Shown one piece after another: positions 38,785-51,802 of a DNA stretch of 64,000 nt. Under the pieces are notes generated by a model that was given only the letters and a program-made list of their open reading frames with translations, did no database searches and was not told the DNA's origin. The position numbers and the translations under genes were made by a program. Position 1 is the first letter of the stretch, and every line of letters starts with the position of its first letter. Source of the stretch: Ancylonema sp. (taxonomy: Eukaryota); the NCBI GenBank assembly GCA_050230475.1, contig JBFLGF010000105.1:1-64000 (forward strand), written 5' to 3'.

Positions 38785-39933
38785 CTACAAAGACTCCTCC
38801 TTCCCTCTCTCCCCCCTCGGTACCACTGAGGCCAGCTGCCCCTCCCCAGCCTGCAATCCCTTCACATCCACCACAATGTGTTTTGCTTCTATGACAGGCA
38901 GCACATCCTCTGTCACCAACAGGGTGTCAGCAGCGCGAGCCCTGGGGGACGGAATTTTGGGGCTTGGGGCCCAAGGGGATGGGGTTCCGGGGCTTGAGGC
39001 TTTCAGGGAAGGTTCGGAGCTACGCCCAGTCGACTGCTGGTACATCACCCCTCCGCAAACAGTAACTAGCAAACAGAGAATCCCAACTGGAGACCCATGC
39101 TTGTCCCAGATGGCCACGTTGACGATGACGGTGAGCAGCTTGTTGGTGACACCTAAAACGGTGAAGGAAGTGGCGGATATGGCTCTCCGGCATGCAAACC
39201 CGTAGAAGCTGATGGCTACCCCGAACGCGCACGACATGCCCACCGGAATCATCACCCAAGGCTTTACAGATTCTCTGATGGTCGCTGCATCCGTCTCCCT
39301 GAACTCACCCGTGACTATCCAGAAAGCAGGGGAGAGAAGCATAGATATCGCATTGTTGTACAGAACCAGACCCCAGGTGGTAATCCCCAGAGAGTTCACG
39401 ACATGCTTGATGTAAACCATGTCGAAGGTGATGATGGCCAGATAAGCGAAAGCCCAGGCATATGCGCGAACACTGAACTGGCTATCGGTAACAACATATC
39501 CGACAGCACCCAGAAATATGGTTCCCAAGCTTGCGAATGTGAACATAGACGGCCACTCTTCGCGTCGGAATATGGTATCAGCCACAGCAACCATGATAGG
39601 CGCCGCAGAACGAAAAACTATAAAGGTATCTACGTTCGCGTGTTTCAGAAGGTTTGTATTTGTGAAAATGGCCAAGTAAAAACATACTGCAGCGGGCAGA
39701 AACGCGAATACAACCGACCACTGGAAGGGATCCGCCTTGAGAATTCTGAGAACTAACAGGACGCCAACAGCGATGACGCAGGTGGCATACGGCAGGGCCG
39801 TGAGTACTGTAGGGAATGGAAACACAGATATTGCGGCTTTGTTCACCACAGCGAGGAGGCTTGAGCAGAGTGCGTATCCGATGATGACCGGGAGGACTGA
39901 AACGTCTCCAAAAAAGACTTCAGGGAGCCTCAT
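38785..39933 (-). CDS. Golgi GDP-sugar transporter, GFT1/GONST4-like, copy 2
   Basis: Translation is identical to copy 1. Confidence 0.88.
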   Translation of the reverse strand: MRLPEVFFGDVSVLPVIIGYALCSSLLAVVNKAAISVFPFPTVLTALPYATCVIAVGVLLVLRILKADPFQWSVVFAFLPAAVCFYLAIFTNTNLLKHANVDTFIVFRSAAPIMVAVADTIFRREEWPSMFTFASLGTIFLGAVGYVVTDSQFSVRAYAWAFAYLAIITFDMVYIKHVVNSLGITTWGLVLYNNAISMLLSPAFWIVTGEFRETDAATIRESVKPWVMIPVGMSCAFGVAISFYGFACRRAISATSFTVLGVTNKLLTVIVNVAIWDKHGSPVGILCLLVTVCGGVMYQQSTGRSSEPSLKASSPGTPSPWAPSPKIPSPRARAADTLLVTEDVLPVIEAKHIVVDVKGLQAGEGQLASVVPRGERGKEESL

Positions 39934-42900
39934 GGCGAACTACATTCTGGCCAGATCCCAGGGTCGATTAGAGGACGACCCTGTAGGGCCAACATGACAG
40001 AAGAAAACGACGATGCAGAGGCGCCTCTTCTTGACACGGTCGTTAGACGGCCATGCTTTACCAGTGCTTGCCACTTGTCCTCCTATTTATTGGTAATAAA
40101 TAGTGTCAACGGCCACAAACCGGTTCAGTCCAATAATAATCTGTTACAGGCACCATGGTTTAAGGGCATGGGCCACGTCATAAGCAACAAAAAGTCGATT
40201 TCTTTAACATGAAATCGAGTTCGGCTGGCAAATCTATCTCTGTGTATTCTTGGTGCATTTGAATGTGCCGTGCTACCTAGCATCGTGTCTCTCTCACACA
40301 TGCAATGCCAACGGTATAACGAACATCACCTCCACGTATATTTCACACGTGCGAACTATCCGATATAACAACTCCTACGCATGTGTGTCCGCTCGCCCAT
40401 GTAATCTGGTCTAGTCCAGATCCGTATTCATATGCATGCGATATAATCAATGGCATGCCGCTCCCAGACACAATGTGCCAAATTTCCTTTACTTGCCCCC
40501 AAGGCAAGGCAATACCGGGCCTCAACGTAACGTGTTCGAAGCGTAATAAATGTTTTAGAAGTACGGAGATCACTATCGTTACAGACGACAATGCGCATTC
40601 CAAAGACGAGTGCAAATGCCAGCCAAATGAAAGCAAGGCAAGCGGAAGCTTGATCACCTCAGGGGCACACTCTGAACCGATCAAGTCGGAGTGACGAGTT
40701 TACAAAAGGTATAGTAATCAACCGTAACTAGGATCTAAGATTTTTTTGTACCGATTTTTCGTACAATGCGGCATCTTTCTTCCTAGCCAAATGTTTGGTA
40801 ACGGCGTCATGCGCATAGACTATAAGCACGTCAATAGTAAGCACTGACTATTGTACAGCTAAGCGACCGTCCATTGCCAGGTGCTCGTGTGTACTTTCTC
40901 AAGTGCTGCAGTGTGGCACAAACGAGTCTTTCGGAAATTCCGCTTGTCCTTGCGAGTGTTCCTAATAATGACTCACTATTCTATAACAATAAATGACACG
41001 CTATATCGCGAAACGATATACGCCTTGCTAGGTACATTTACTCGTGCGCGTGTCAAACTGCTATTTAGGTACACGACCGTATGTGGTCCGACAAATGTAA
41101 CTTGTGCATTCGATCTCGATCCTTACAACACTGCAGTACTTGCATCCATTTACACTTTACGTTTAGACCAAGCATTGCCTTGCTACGGGGAAGACTAGTA
41201 AATAACATTTGGTATGCTTCATCGATTGGTGAAGTGTTGGCGATGGCCATTTGTTATCTCGCATGAGTATGATGCGGATCTCAGCTGGATCATAGTACAC
41301 GTATATGCGAAATCGTGTGAGGTTAAGCAGCGTTTTGCACGTGTGTAGTGCATTTAACGGTGATGTTCGTCATAACAATAGAATGGCATGTGAATGTGTG
41401 GCACGATGCTAGATGGCTCGACAGACGTATAGATGTGTTTATTGGTACATCGCCATTTATTTTTGATCCAAGCCATGTAGATGAAAGGAGTAAGGCTGGA
41501 AGGGCAAGAGGGGCTACGGCAACCATCTGACCACGGCATTCTCCCTTCGCGCCGGGTCGTAAGCCCTCACCTCCTTTACTAGCCTTACTGTCTCCTCCCT
41601 AACGCATGCTTGTGCAAGTTGTAGTAGTTGGGCAGCATCCAACTAATGTGGGGCGTTGTGATGGCCACCGTTGTCATCTTCTGACACGTTGTCATCATCC
41701 GTGCCTTGTACATCGCTCAACCCTGCTCCGTTGATGATGAGGCCACTAAAGGAGGCACGAACTGTGAGAGGGGGAGAAGAAAGATGGCAGGGAGCTGAGA
41801 TTTCAAAGCTCTGAGTTAGACCATCTGGGCCTACTTGCCTATCTCTAAACATCTCAATGCATGTGTCATAACACCCTCCCACAGCACCCATGAACTCCAC
41901 ACCAAGCAATGCGTCATATGTTGTAGTATTCACTACAATGCCGTGTAGCGACACACGATGCTCATGCGGATTGCCACGGGATAGGACAGACTCCACCTTC
42001 TTCTTTGCTACCCCCATTGGTACCTCCAACGCTCCGCCTGCGGTGATGAATTCAACGCCTTGGTCCAGATCCGCAGCGTGAGAGTCCATGGTAGCTGCAA
42101 ATTCCTTACAAAGCATTACCTTTCCTGCGCCTATGTCTAGAATTGCGTCTCTTGGCACGTAGCCCTCCACGTCCAAGACACTAGTTTTGTTTTCAAAGGA
42201 GGTTGGGGTGTTGTATGCATAATATCGCTGTGTAATTGGCACCACCGGTGGCGCTTCATCAGTTGTGTGGCTGCGCGTGGTTGGGCGATCGCCGCTCTTG
42301 ATCAATCGTCTTTTCCCAAAAAACTAGTCTTAAGCTGTGCCACTAGCTATTGAATGTTTTCGGTAGCATATTACATCTATGTAGCCATTTGCAGAGGCGT
42401 CTCCATGTTGAAAAACTTTGTTTCTCCCAAAGGCGGTTCCTTGAACAAACTGGTTAGCGGGTAAAGTTGATTTTTAGTCCTCGGCTCCAAGCTTGATGTA
42501 GACAACCCGTGAGGGAAGTTTTGTGGCAGTTGCGCCGTATGCTTCTCCATAGCCTCCGTTGTCACAGCCAGCGTTGAGGCTGGGGCAGGAGTTGTATTTG
42601 AAGGATGACTTGGTGTTAATCCTGGAGCGCCATCAGAGTTGGAAGTGTTGGAAGAAGTGTAGCGCACACGTGTGGGGAGTGAAGGCGCCTCCCTAGCCGC
42701 CTCCGTTGGGATTGATACCCTGGTTGACATTCGCTGCGTTGCAGTCATTTGTACAGGCGGTCGTTGGTGTGGGGAAGATCCCTGAAAAATGCATGTTGAG
42801 ATCAGTGTTGAGAGATGGCTAAAAACATGCCAAGTGTACATTATACAAGTATGGATTTGGATCGGGTAAATTAGCTCAAGTAGTCAACGGGTTTTCCGAT

Positions 42901-42952
42901 AGATGAACCACTTCGTTTCGTTTCGTTTCATTTCGTGTCGTTTCGTTTCGTT

Positions 42953-44430
42953 TAATAAAAGAGAATTTCATATTGTTGAAAAACGACGGGAACCCCATTT
43001 CATTACAAGAACGTGCCTATGAAGAAACTACGTATCCAAAAAAAAAGACAAATATGTGAGCCGATCGTACTATAAAAAACCAAAAACAGTACGCAACCCC
43101 GAAGAAGAAAGTGGAACGCGCGGTGGTGGGTGAGGTAACAAGGCCATGGATTGCTCTAGATGTATCGCATGTGCTAGCGACCGTTGTGTAGGAAACAGTC
43201 AATTCGGCTAAGTATTTAGGCCGGTATTAGTAGTCCGGATGTTACTCCGTACGGGAGTTCTTTATCCGTAGGACTAGTTAGCCCGACGTACTTTAGTCGG
43301 GATATTTTGAGTTGATTTGGCAATCCAGCCGTAGGTTGGAGTGTGTATGTATTTGTTTCATGTGCATTGGGATTATGTCGGCGCAAATGCAAGACTGTGA
43401 TTGGTCTTGCATATTGCGGCCGAGAGCATTTGTAGATGATCGAAATGCCAATCAGCTGTTGATTGATGATTGGCGCATATGTATGCATGAGTAACACGTG
43501 TTGGGTTGCACAAGCATTTGGAATCTAATGTATCGTTAAAGTACGTGGACGAGCTTAGAGAAAGCTCGACTGAAATTGTGATCGGGAAACTGTCCAAGGT
43601 CTGATTTCAGACCTTGAATTAATTGTTGCATTACGCTTGTGCAATTCTGCTTGCCGTCAGAGCTTGTTGCGTGGTATTCGTGTAATATCGTGTATACCGT
43701 GCGGTGTATGGGCATCGCATAGGTGTGTTGTTGTATCCCGACGCTTTTCATATCGAGATGGATTCGTGAGCCGACTGCAATCGATACTTTTTGACGGAAC
43801 CATGTGCACAACAAGCTAATGGAGGGCCCTGATCCTGCACACTCCCTAGATGCTAACGTGGCACACTCGACCAAAAATCGATCCGACCTATCAGACAATG
43901 CACCATACGTCTCAAGAGCAAAGGGCACAAATTTCGTCCTAGTTGCGCGATCCCGATAGTGGGTTTCCTTCCTTCGCTCCGCATCTATGGCAGCGACGAG
44001 ATCATGTCTAGCGGCGCGCTCCACCAAATCATGACGGGTAGGGTCTGCAACAACAATGTCGACCAAAGTGTGCCCCACCGCAGCATCCGAAATCACAATA
44101 TGGACACGCCCTCCGCGCCCCCCGGGAGCCGGTGAGAAGCCAATGCGCTCCCGATGCGCGTGCTATACTAGCGCGACTCACGAATGATGTGGTAAACCGC
44201 ATCACGCACCGAATCATGCGATGAATTGCGCTCTCCTCCGCGAGCGCAGCGCCGAAGGTGTATCCCCAGAGGATCCAACGGGCGGCCACATGAACACGCC
44301 GCATACGTCGCGAGACAGGGATGTGGAAGGCAAACCCGAAGACGGAGAGCTGTCACGAAGAGATGGGCGGGAAATCGAAGGGAAGGAAGAATAGGTGTTG
44401 CTTGTAACCAATGCCCCGCCCCCGCGCCAC
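42953..44430 (-). mobile_element. 5'-truncated RLE-clade (CRE-like) non-LTR retrotransposon
   Basis: ALRLRVCLP, CCHC knuckle CSCGRPLDPLGIHLRRC, HDSVRD, RV(H)IV...LVDIVVADP, AERRKETHY and FVPFALETYG are typical RLE-domain motifs. Frameshifted. Confidence 0.85.
43187..43760 (+). mobile_element. Solo-LTR-like insertion inside the RLE element
   Basis: Absent from the 28.2-kb paralogue. It begins TGTAGGAAACAGTC, resembling the LTR start at 61279 (minus strand, TGGTAGGAATAGCAGTC). The right end is approximate. Confidence 0.6.
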
Positions 44431-45295
44431 TCGTTTCGTTCCGTTTCGATACGTTTGCCGGGATACGTAGTCAAATTTGGACTTGAGTTTGACGTGCTAA
44501 ATCAGGGGCGGGCTTCACAGTTTTGGCGGATTTCGCGGAATAATGTATCAAGACTGCGGAAGTGCGTGTAGGCGCATGATAGTGAGTCAGCGCGCATGCT
44601 AGTTTTGTTTATGGTTTAGATTGATCGTCTGCTGTATGTAGGGCAGTGAATTAGATAAGAACACGTTAGCTGCAGTGTGGTAGATAAGGTGAATATTTTC
44701 TGAATAGTTCCAGATTTAGTGACCGGACTATTATAGGGATTTCCTCTTGTACCAAACTCTCTAAGTTCAGATCCAAAGCAGTCTGATTTCGCGTGGTGTA
44801 TGCTTTCCGTGTGTGTCCGTGTATGCGAGTGCGAGTACGCGAGTATGAGTGCGAGTATTAGTCTGAGAACTAGTCCGCGTGTGTGCGAGTGCGAGTGCCA
44901 GTGCGAATAAAGGCTAGTCTGCATGAGTTAAGAAGTCTGAATGGCTTCCACGGACGGTACGTGAGCGCCATCCCCTAGAATTGGTAGTGCGGGCTGAAGT
45001 GGTCGCCTGCCCTCTGCCGCTTGCGCGCTGATGCAGCTATGGCTTATTGGCGCTTCTTGACTAGCGCTTCTGGAATCAGCTCCGGGTGGGCCGTCCAACA
45101 TTGCGCCGACGTGTGGCTTGACTTGATGCACGTCTCACCTTCGTGACCGTCAGCAACCAAAGGAGTGGGTTTGTTGTTTGGAGTTTTATTGTTGCCGTTC
45201 GGCGCTCCCTCCTTCCCTCGAGTGCAGTTTCGAGCAATGTGCCCCACTTGATGGCATTGTCGGACAATAGTCGATCGTGTGCTCATATGATGAGG

Positions 45296-45482
45296 ATTAG
45301 CGCCTATACGGTGAAAGAGCCTATAGGGTGAGAATGCCTATACTGTAAATGTGCCTATACAGTGAAAGGGCCTATATGGTAAAGATGCCTAAACGGTGAA
45401 TAGTGCCTTTGTGCTACGATGTGCTTATACGATGACAATGCTTATACGGTAGAAGTGACTACATGGCGGAGGTGCTTGTACG
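45296..45482. repeat. Degenerate ~17-bp tandem array (consensus near GTGAAAGTGCCTATACG, ~11 units)
   Basis: GCCTATA cores recur at ~17-nt spacing. Confidence 0.75.
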
Positions 45483-48006
45483 ATAACATAATACAGGTAC
45501 TGGTATTCACGGCCTTATTTCATATTTGTTATGCGCGTGGGTATTCCTCGATATGTTTCGAAGTGACACGTGTCCCTTGGACGTATTTGTCATTAGTGAC
45601 GTGAATAGAATCTAAGGCCGTAGTTAGGATGAACGATATGATTGTTCCGCCACCTACGGCACCTTTGGCGGCACTAAAGACGGACTGTACTAACAGCTGC
45701 GTTACCAGGCAATTGAAGAATAAGTGTACGAGTTCCTTGGTCAGCGACTAGCAATATTCACACCGCGTTAAAGGCGCCGTAAGTTAACGTTGCGGGAAGG
45801 CGACAAGGCAGGAACGGCCATTTTGTAACTTATGCGGGTACTGGTCAATAGCTGTGCGAGTACAGCACTACTACCATATCCAGTTTAGCGTCTTCTCAAC
45901 TCAAGTGAAGTGCGTAGTAACATCTGTCCAAGCGTGCTAGTTTGTGAGTGGATAAGCTAGTAAGTCGGCTAGCTAAGGCGGTCGAGCTAGCGCCGTAAGT
46001 CGATACGGCAGGATCGGTAGCTTCCTTGTGACTCGCATAATTCGTTAGCTGAGTTCTACATCTTTTGTAATATTTTTGATCAGACCTTACTTGGTCATAT
46101 CACTCCTCGGGAACTCGTGAGCAATTAACTACTATCCTCGTGCCAATTCTCTTTGTGTTCGGCTGGCATTTTCTATTTGTGTGAATACATTCAGACCTCA
46201 ATCGATCGTGTATTGCAAAATCACATCATTCATAAGTTTCTAACACTCTACATTCAGACCAACGGCAACGCCTTGCCATAGGTAGACAATAAAATATTAT
46301 TTGACATGTGGTAGACTTGCTTCCTGCTTGTACAATGTTCTTTATTTAGTGCGCACGCGTGTGTAGCGGACCTCGACTAGGTCATGATTCCATATGTTGA
46401 CATTTCTTGTGATGAGACGACACATAATTCGCACGTGTTTCATACCCATTACAGCAATGGTCGTTACATCGAATGCGTTACACGTGTGAATGTGGCACGA
46501 TGTTAAATGGCACGACAGCATTGGTGGCACTCTCTTGTGTCAGGTCCTTGATGTTATAGTGCACACGCTCCTAGACGGTTCTTGATGTTCCCCACATGTT
46601 GAAGGCGCTCCGCCATGGGCCGTTGCAACCTTGGCAAGACTTCGAGAGGAGGCGAGGCATCTGCTAGATCCGTGTGCCGTGGACGTGAAACTTATCTCCA
46701 ACAATCCTTCTTCTTCTTGTGCGATGGCATATAGCTGATGTGGGCAAGGATGTGCTTGGGTGGATTCAAGGCCAGGCCTCGAGATGGCATAAGCCCTGTT
46801 ATTAGCAATGACATGGCCGCGGTCAGCCATCTTTAGCAGGGACTCGCGAGGATGAGGCTTGAATGCTACCACGTCTTCAAGGTAGAGCGGTTGAAATGTG
46901 TCTTGAATGATCGCTAAAAACTAATCGAGATAAGGTGGCTCCTCTTGAGGATCCTCCAACGCGTCCGATCTAACGAGTACTTCCCCTCCAGCCGCCACTT
47001 GGATCTGCCGCAAGTCGCTTTTCGCTCGTAAAGGAACCTCTTTTTTATCGGGTGGCCTCTCAAGTGACGGCTTCCTCGTGGTCTAGGTTGTCGTCGTTGG
47101 TGTGGTCCCACATGTCCACAAAGTTATCAAGGACGCGTCTGGCTTGACCACCCAACTTTGGTTTCGAAGTCTCTAAAAACGCTAAAATGGTTTTTATATG
47201 AATTCGGTTAGAGTGAGCCTACCCAATGGCAAGGTAATGCTAGGGCATGGACGTAACGTGTCCGAAGTGTTGGGTGGTTGCGAAGGTTATTGTTTGCTAG
47301 ATCAATATTGAATGCAGATCATACAGTCAAATGCACATTCCAATGAATCAAAGAATGCACAGTCACACGCCAACCACACTCACATGCACAGATAAATACA
47401 CAAGATTGATAGTGCAAAAAAAGTCAGTGGTTCCCGAGGTGCACTCCGACCGAATGCGGCCAGAGTGTAAAGGTTACAACTTCTACTGTTTCCAGCTGCA
47501 AAAGCATCTACGATCGTTTGAGACGCTGCCTAGCTGACCGACATACTAGCATCTCCATTCTCAGCCACGTATTCTAGTGGCGACGTCATCTAGATTGATT
47601 CGACGGCTGGATACAATGTATGGCTGCCACAAAGCATCTCCTAACGTACACTGACTAGTCGACCTCTGCTATCTATTGCCAGGTGTACATCCAACAACAC
47701 AAACGCAAGCGCCGAGCTTTGTCGTTATCTAACACATGTACTACTAGCTCCTATTGACAACACTCACCCTAACGTGGTGTCACTACATCCGATCAATGTT
47801 CAGGAATGCGTATGTGGAGCTACAACTCATCAACCAGATGTCTCTAGGAGTGTCTTGCGGACATGACGTCGTGACAGGCGGAACAATCATGACGTTTCAT
47901 TGTTACAGCAAATAAACCGTTCTAATGCGAGACGAAACGCATCAATAATACTTGCACTCGCGCATGTGCCAAAATATCGTACAATCACATATACTCGTAT
48001 TCGTGT

Positions 48007-48101
48007 CAAATCACCATATAGGCACATTCACTCGTGCCCGCGCCAAATCACCATACCAGCACATTCACTTGTGCCGGCGCCCAAATCACCATATAGGCAC
48101 A
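48007..48101. repeat. Three ~37-bp tandem units starting CAAATCACCATA
   Basis: Directly visible. Confidence 0.75.
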
Positions 48102-49156
48102 CAACCGTATATTGTCCGACATCCTTCATCAATCCCTTCCTACATCTCTCCATTCCAATCCGACTATTGCTTCCGAGCTATTCCATATGGTCTCCTTCAG
48201 TCTCCTACAGACTACTATTCTCTTTCTACCATACGTATTCGGAGCATTATTCGATGCCTGATTTCATCTCCATTCCCGATGTCGATGATCTTCCGATCCC
48301 AGTATCGATGCTCCTCCCTCATCTCCATGAACATCAGCCTCATGCTGAACACTGTAGGCTTTTACCAGGCAAGCCACTCCCCCACTGGTCCAACTCAAGG
48401 GTTGTAAAGTCACAGTCTGCGATCAGACTCTGTCTTTCTGATGGGCGAGCTCCGGTGAAATATTATTTCATTTTTGCCTCCGTGAAGAGCACGTGCGCAG
48501 TCACTCGAGGGTCAAATTTCCGGAATTCTAATTTTCCAGGAAGCTTCTTTGGATTCTTCTTCTTGACATAAAAAAATCCTGTTCCCGCAGCAGATACGAG
48601 GCGGACTAAGATGGAGCCCCCTTTCGCCTTCGCCATGGTCGTGACGATGCTGTGTACAGTCGGGCACAGGTTTTCCCTGGTGCAACAGCATGGATTTGAT
48701 CTAATTCGACTCGGTACTTTAGTGCGTGGGTGCTGTCAGTATCGTACTGAGCCCAGAGGTTCGAGCCGATCTCTCCTATCCCCAGCTTCTGCCCGCCCAG
48801 CTGCAGCAGGGCACGATTGACCCCGCCATACCCAGCCGTACTTCAAACATGCACCTGGATGCCAGCTGCAGAATGGCGGCGAGGAGTTGGGTCAGTCGAA
48901 ACGTTCACCGCCGTCCGATATCAATTCTTTGAATTTCTGCAAAGAGGCGGGAAAATTCGAATTTAAGCTTGAATACCACGCCAGAGACTTCCCCACGCAA
49001 AATTTTGGTGTCAGTTGACAAGCTACAAGAAATTGGAAGGAAGAATTCGGGTGACTGTTTCAGTCGCTATTTTTTTTAATGTAATTCTAGTTTGAAAATA
49101 TTCTGCCGTCGGACAAGTTAGGGAGGTGTCTAATAGAGTCGGCTGTTGCTTTGAAG

Positions 49157-51185
49157 ATGGGTGCAAACCAGAGTCAGGATGGTCGGTTAGGGGACGGAGA
49201 TGAAGATGAAGTTTTTGAAGATGCGCAAACACCGAGTGATACGAAAGAAAAATCGACCACGCCATCTGAAAAACCTGCATCCACTGCCAAGAAAATCACT
49301 TGCCTGTACCAGCACAAGCCGAACGGAAAGTGGGTGACGGTTCTTAAAAAACCAATTTGGAAATTCTCACAACTAGGCTCTGAGGACGAAGCGGAAGAAG
49401 AAGAGGAAGATGACAAGTGGCGAAAAAGGAGAGAAGAGTCCGACGAGGGCGGGGCACAGGACTGGTACCTGGTTGTCGGGTCGAGGGTTCAAGCACTGGT
49501 GGGCTACTCGCTGGGGGTTCGTTTTAACGACGATGAGCTTCGTGTGGATTTCGTGTCTGGGTCCGTCTGGGCTCTGCGGTTTAGCACGGTAGAAGAATAC
49601 AAATCATTCGTTGGTCAATACACAGATTGTTTGTTCGAGAACACGCACCACATGGAGGCCACGCCAGCCAATCGTGTGAAAGTGCTCGGAAAGGATTTTG
49701 TGCACTGGGCTGCTGGGGAGGATCCCGAGGAGTCCATGTGGGATGCTGAGGACGCCTTCGAGGCTCCACCTACCCCTCCCCGACCCCCCAAAGTCAGAGA
49801 AACCTACTCGCACTCTGCTGGTAAAGGAGTTCAGAGCCTGAGCATGGGGGCATTGAAAAACAGTTACCTGTTGTATGACGGGGGCATCGACGTGTATCGC
49901 AACATGGACGAGGGCATTCAAGCGGAGGAGGGTATGACGATATCCATGCCCAAAACCAGCGGGAGCCCCTACGTCACTCCCAAGAAAGGTCTGCTGATGC
50001 GCAGGGAGACGAGCATGATGCTCATGAGCCCGCTGCAGTCCATGGGGGTGCAGCAGCTGGACATCGACACCGGGAAGATCGTGGCCAACTGGCAGTTCGA
50101 GAAGGACGGGACCCCCATCTCCATGCGTGACATCATAGGGGACTCCAAGGGCTCCCAGCTCGACCCCACCGAGTCCACTTTCCTGGGACTCGACGATAAC
50201 CGCTTGTGCCGCTGGGATATGAGAGACCGCCACGGGGTGGTGCAGCAGCTGGCCAGCCCCGCGCTGGCCTGGTCGGACGGGCATCAGTTCTCGCGGGGCA
50301 CCAACTTCCAGTGCTTTGCCTCCACTGGCGACGGGTGCGTGGCGGTGGGGTCCCGAGACGGCAAGGTGCGCCTGTACAGCACCACCACCATGCGCGTGGC
50401 GAAGACCTCCTTCCCCTCCCTGGGCTCCCCCATCACGCACATCGACGCCAGCTTCGAGGGCAAGTGGGTGGTGGCTGTGACGGACACGTACCTCATGGTG
50501 TTCAGCACCACCTTCAAGGACAAGGACGGGAGGGAGAAGTCTGGGTTTGGGGCGCGCATGGGGGGGAACATCAGCGCCCCCCGGGTGCTGAAGCTCAGCC
50601 CCATCGACGCACACGCAGCGGGACGCAAGCTCAAGTTTCAAGGGGCGCAGTTCTCATGGGTGAGCCTCCGTTTCTGGCACTGCTTGGGCTTCACCTGGGG
50701 CTTGGGATGGAACAGAGGATAAGTGTTTCAATGCAAGGGACAGGTGTCCAGAAGTGTCTGAGCCATGCGTTGGAACCATGTGGCAGTCTGGCCACCCACT
50801 TCTCCTCCCCCAAAGTTCACGAGTGATGTGGCTTCTAGATACTGGTTGCAAATATAGGCTGCCGCCATAAGTTGGCTTATGAGTTGGTTTGGTGGGGGTC
50901 GGGGGATTGGTTCAGGTAACGGAGTCGGGTCGACACGAGCGTAACATTGTGGCATCGATCGGGCAGTTTTCGGTGGTGTGGAATTTCCGGCGAGTAAAGC
51001 AGTCGGAGCATGAGTGCTACCGGGTGGGCGAGGGGTTGAAAACGTGTTACTGTTACAAGATTGTGCCCAAAGAAGAGAATGTGATCGAGAGTCGTTTCAT
51101 GCACGATGACTTTATCAGCAATCGCTCCCCAGAGGCTCCTTTGGTTGGGGCTACACCCGCCATGATATCATCTTTTCACGTTTAG
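49157..51185 (+). CDS. VID27/CYPRO4 (DEM-like) WD40-type protein, about 590 aa
   Basis: Exons 49157-50659 and 50916-51185. MGANQS myristoylation-type N-terminus, [51 protein letters not shown] and [12 protein letters not shown]. Confidence 0.9.
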
Positions 51186-51599
51186 CGGCTAGGAATATCT
51201 TTGTGCAAAAAGAAGCTTTTATGTGATGACTAGTTGGCACAAGTGTAGGTTTTGTGGGTTAAGTGCAGAGATTACCTTATAGCCTGCAAGCCTGGAATTT
51301 GAAAGGGTGCGAAGTCATGGGGTTAATATAGTGCATATGAAAGACGCGGATGAATCACAAGCAGGAAAAAAATTAATGAGCCTCGTGGAGTGAACAAGCG
51401 ATGTGGGTGATACTATTACACACTTGATTGCGTTTATCTATTATAAGGTATCAGTTTTTGGTTTGCACGTTCCATGGTTGGAAGTTTCGGTGCAACTTTC
51501 CTCGTGTACTATCTCAATGTAGGGTGTTTGAGCAATTTATATATTCTTCCGTTTTAAGTTATGCAACATTTTTGGTATTGCACCTTATAATACTCGTCT

Positions 51600-51802
51600 T
51601 CCACAAGGTGAAGAGGAGACTTCTCTACGAGCATCTCAATGGAGAACGCCAACGAGCCGACATGTTCACTCAACCCCTTCCCCAAGTGACTTTGGCGCGC
51701 CACCTCAAGGAGATTGGCTTCAGTCGCGTTTACTAGACTTTTGAAGAAGGGTATCAGAGCAAGAGGGGTATACAGATTGCCACCTGCCAATGGCGGGGGG
51801 TG
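51600..51802 (+). mobile_element. Copia RNase H C-terminal remnant with a polypurine tract
   Basis: QRADMFTQPL motif (Copia ADxxTK), followed by GGCGGGGGG-TG at ~51792. Confidence 0.55.

Larger units (their letters stand above)
35635..40210. repeat. Two apparently identical 1856-bp direct repeats (35635-37490, 38355-40210) separated by an 864-bp spacer
   Basis: Constant offset of 2720. The ORFs lying wholly within the two copies are identical, and the boundaries are sharp at GCTCCAAAC and TCTTTAACAT. Confidence 0.95.
41420..45290 (-). mobile_element. Interrupted Gag/protease LTR-retrotransposon relic (Ty3/Gypsy-like)
   Basis: Knuckles at 45044-45286, linker 42377-42841, retropepsin 41643-42305 (AILDIGA...YDALLGVEFM) and a downstream linker to PINTS at ~41430. 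It is colinear with the 52.7-55 kb relic and carries nested insertions. Confidence 0.75.

Noticed and set aside
40266..41550. Apparent 1.27-kb LTR bounded by TGCCGTG...CACGGCA with an adjacent PPT, suggesting a Gag-PR-only element
   Set aside because: The supposed PPT and LTR start translate as RRENA...SSTWLG...PINTS, homologous to the coding linker at 52.9-53.1 kb, so the match is coincidental.
42780..44930. Possible spliceosomal intron in the Gag-PR element (TTTTTCAG acceptor-like site at 42782)
   Set aside because: The homologous 54.8-kb copy has no gap at this position, and the interval contains other TE material, so nested insertion is simpler.
45296..45482. CRISPR-like periodicity
   Set aside because: The units are contiguous degenerate 17-mers without unique spacers, there are no cas genes, and the context is eukaryotic.
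46520..47160. GC-balanced stretch with short ORFs
   Set aside because: No domain could be recognised in any frame; probably decayed TE but not supportable.
47900..48571. 223-aa ORF upstream of the VID27-like gene
   Set aside because: Non-ATG start, partly made of 37-bp repeats, and no recognisable motif.
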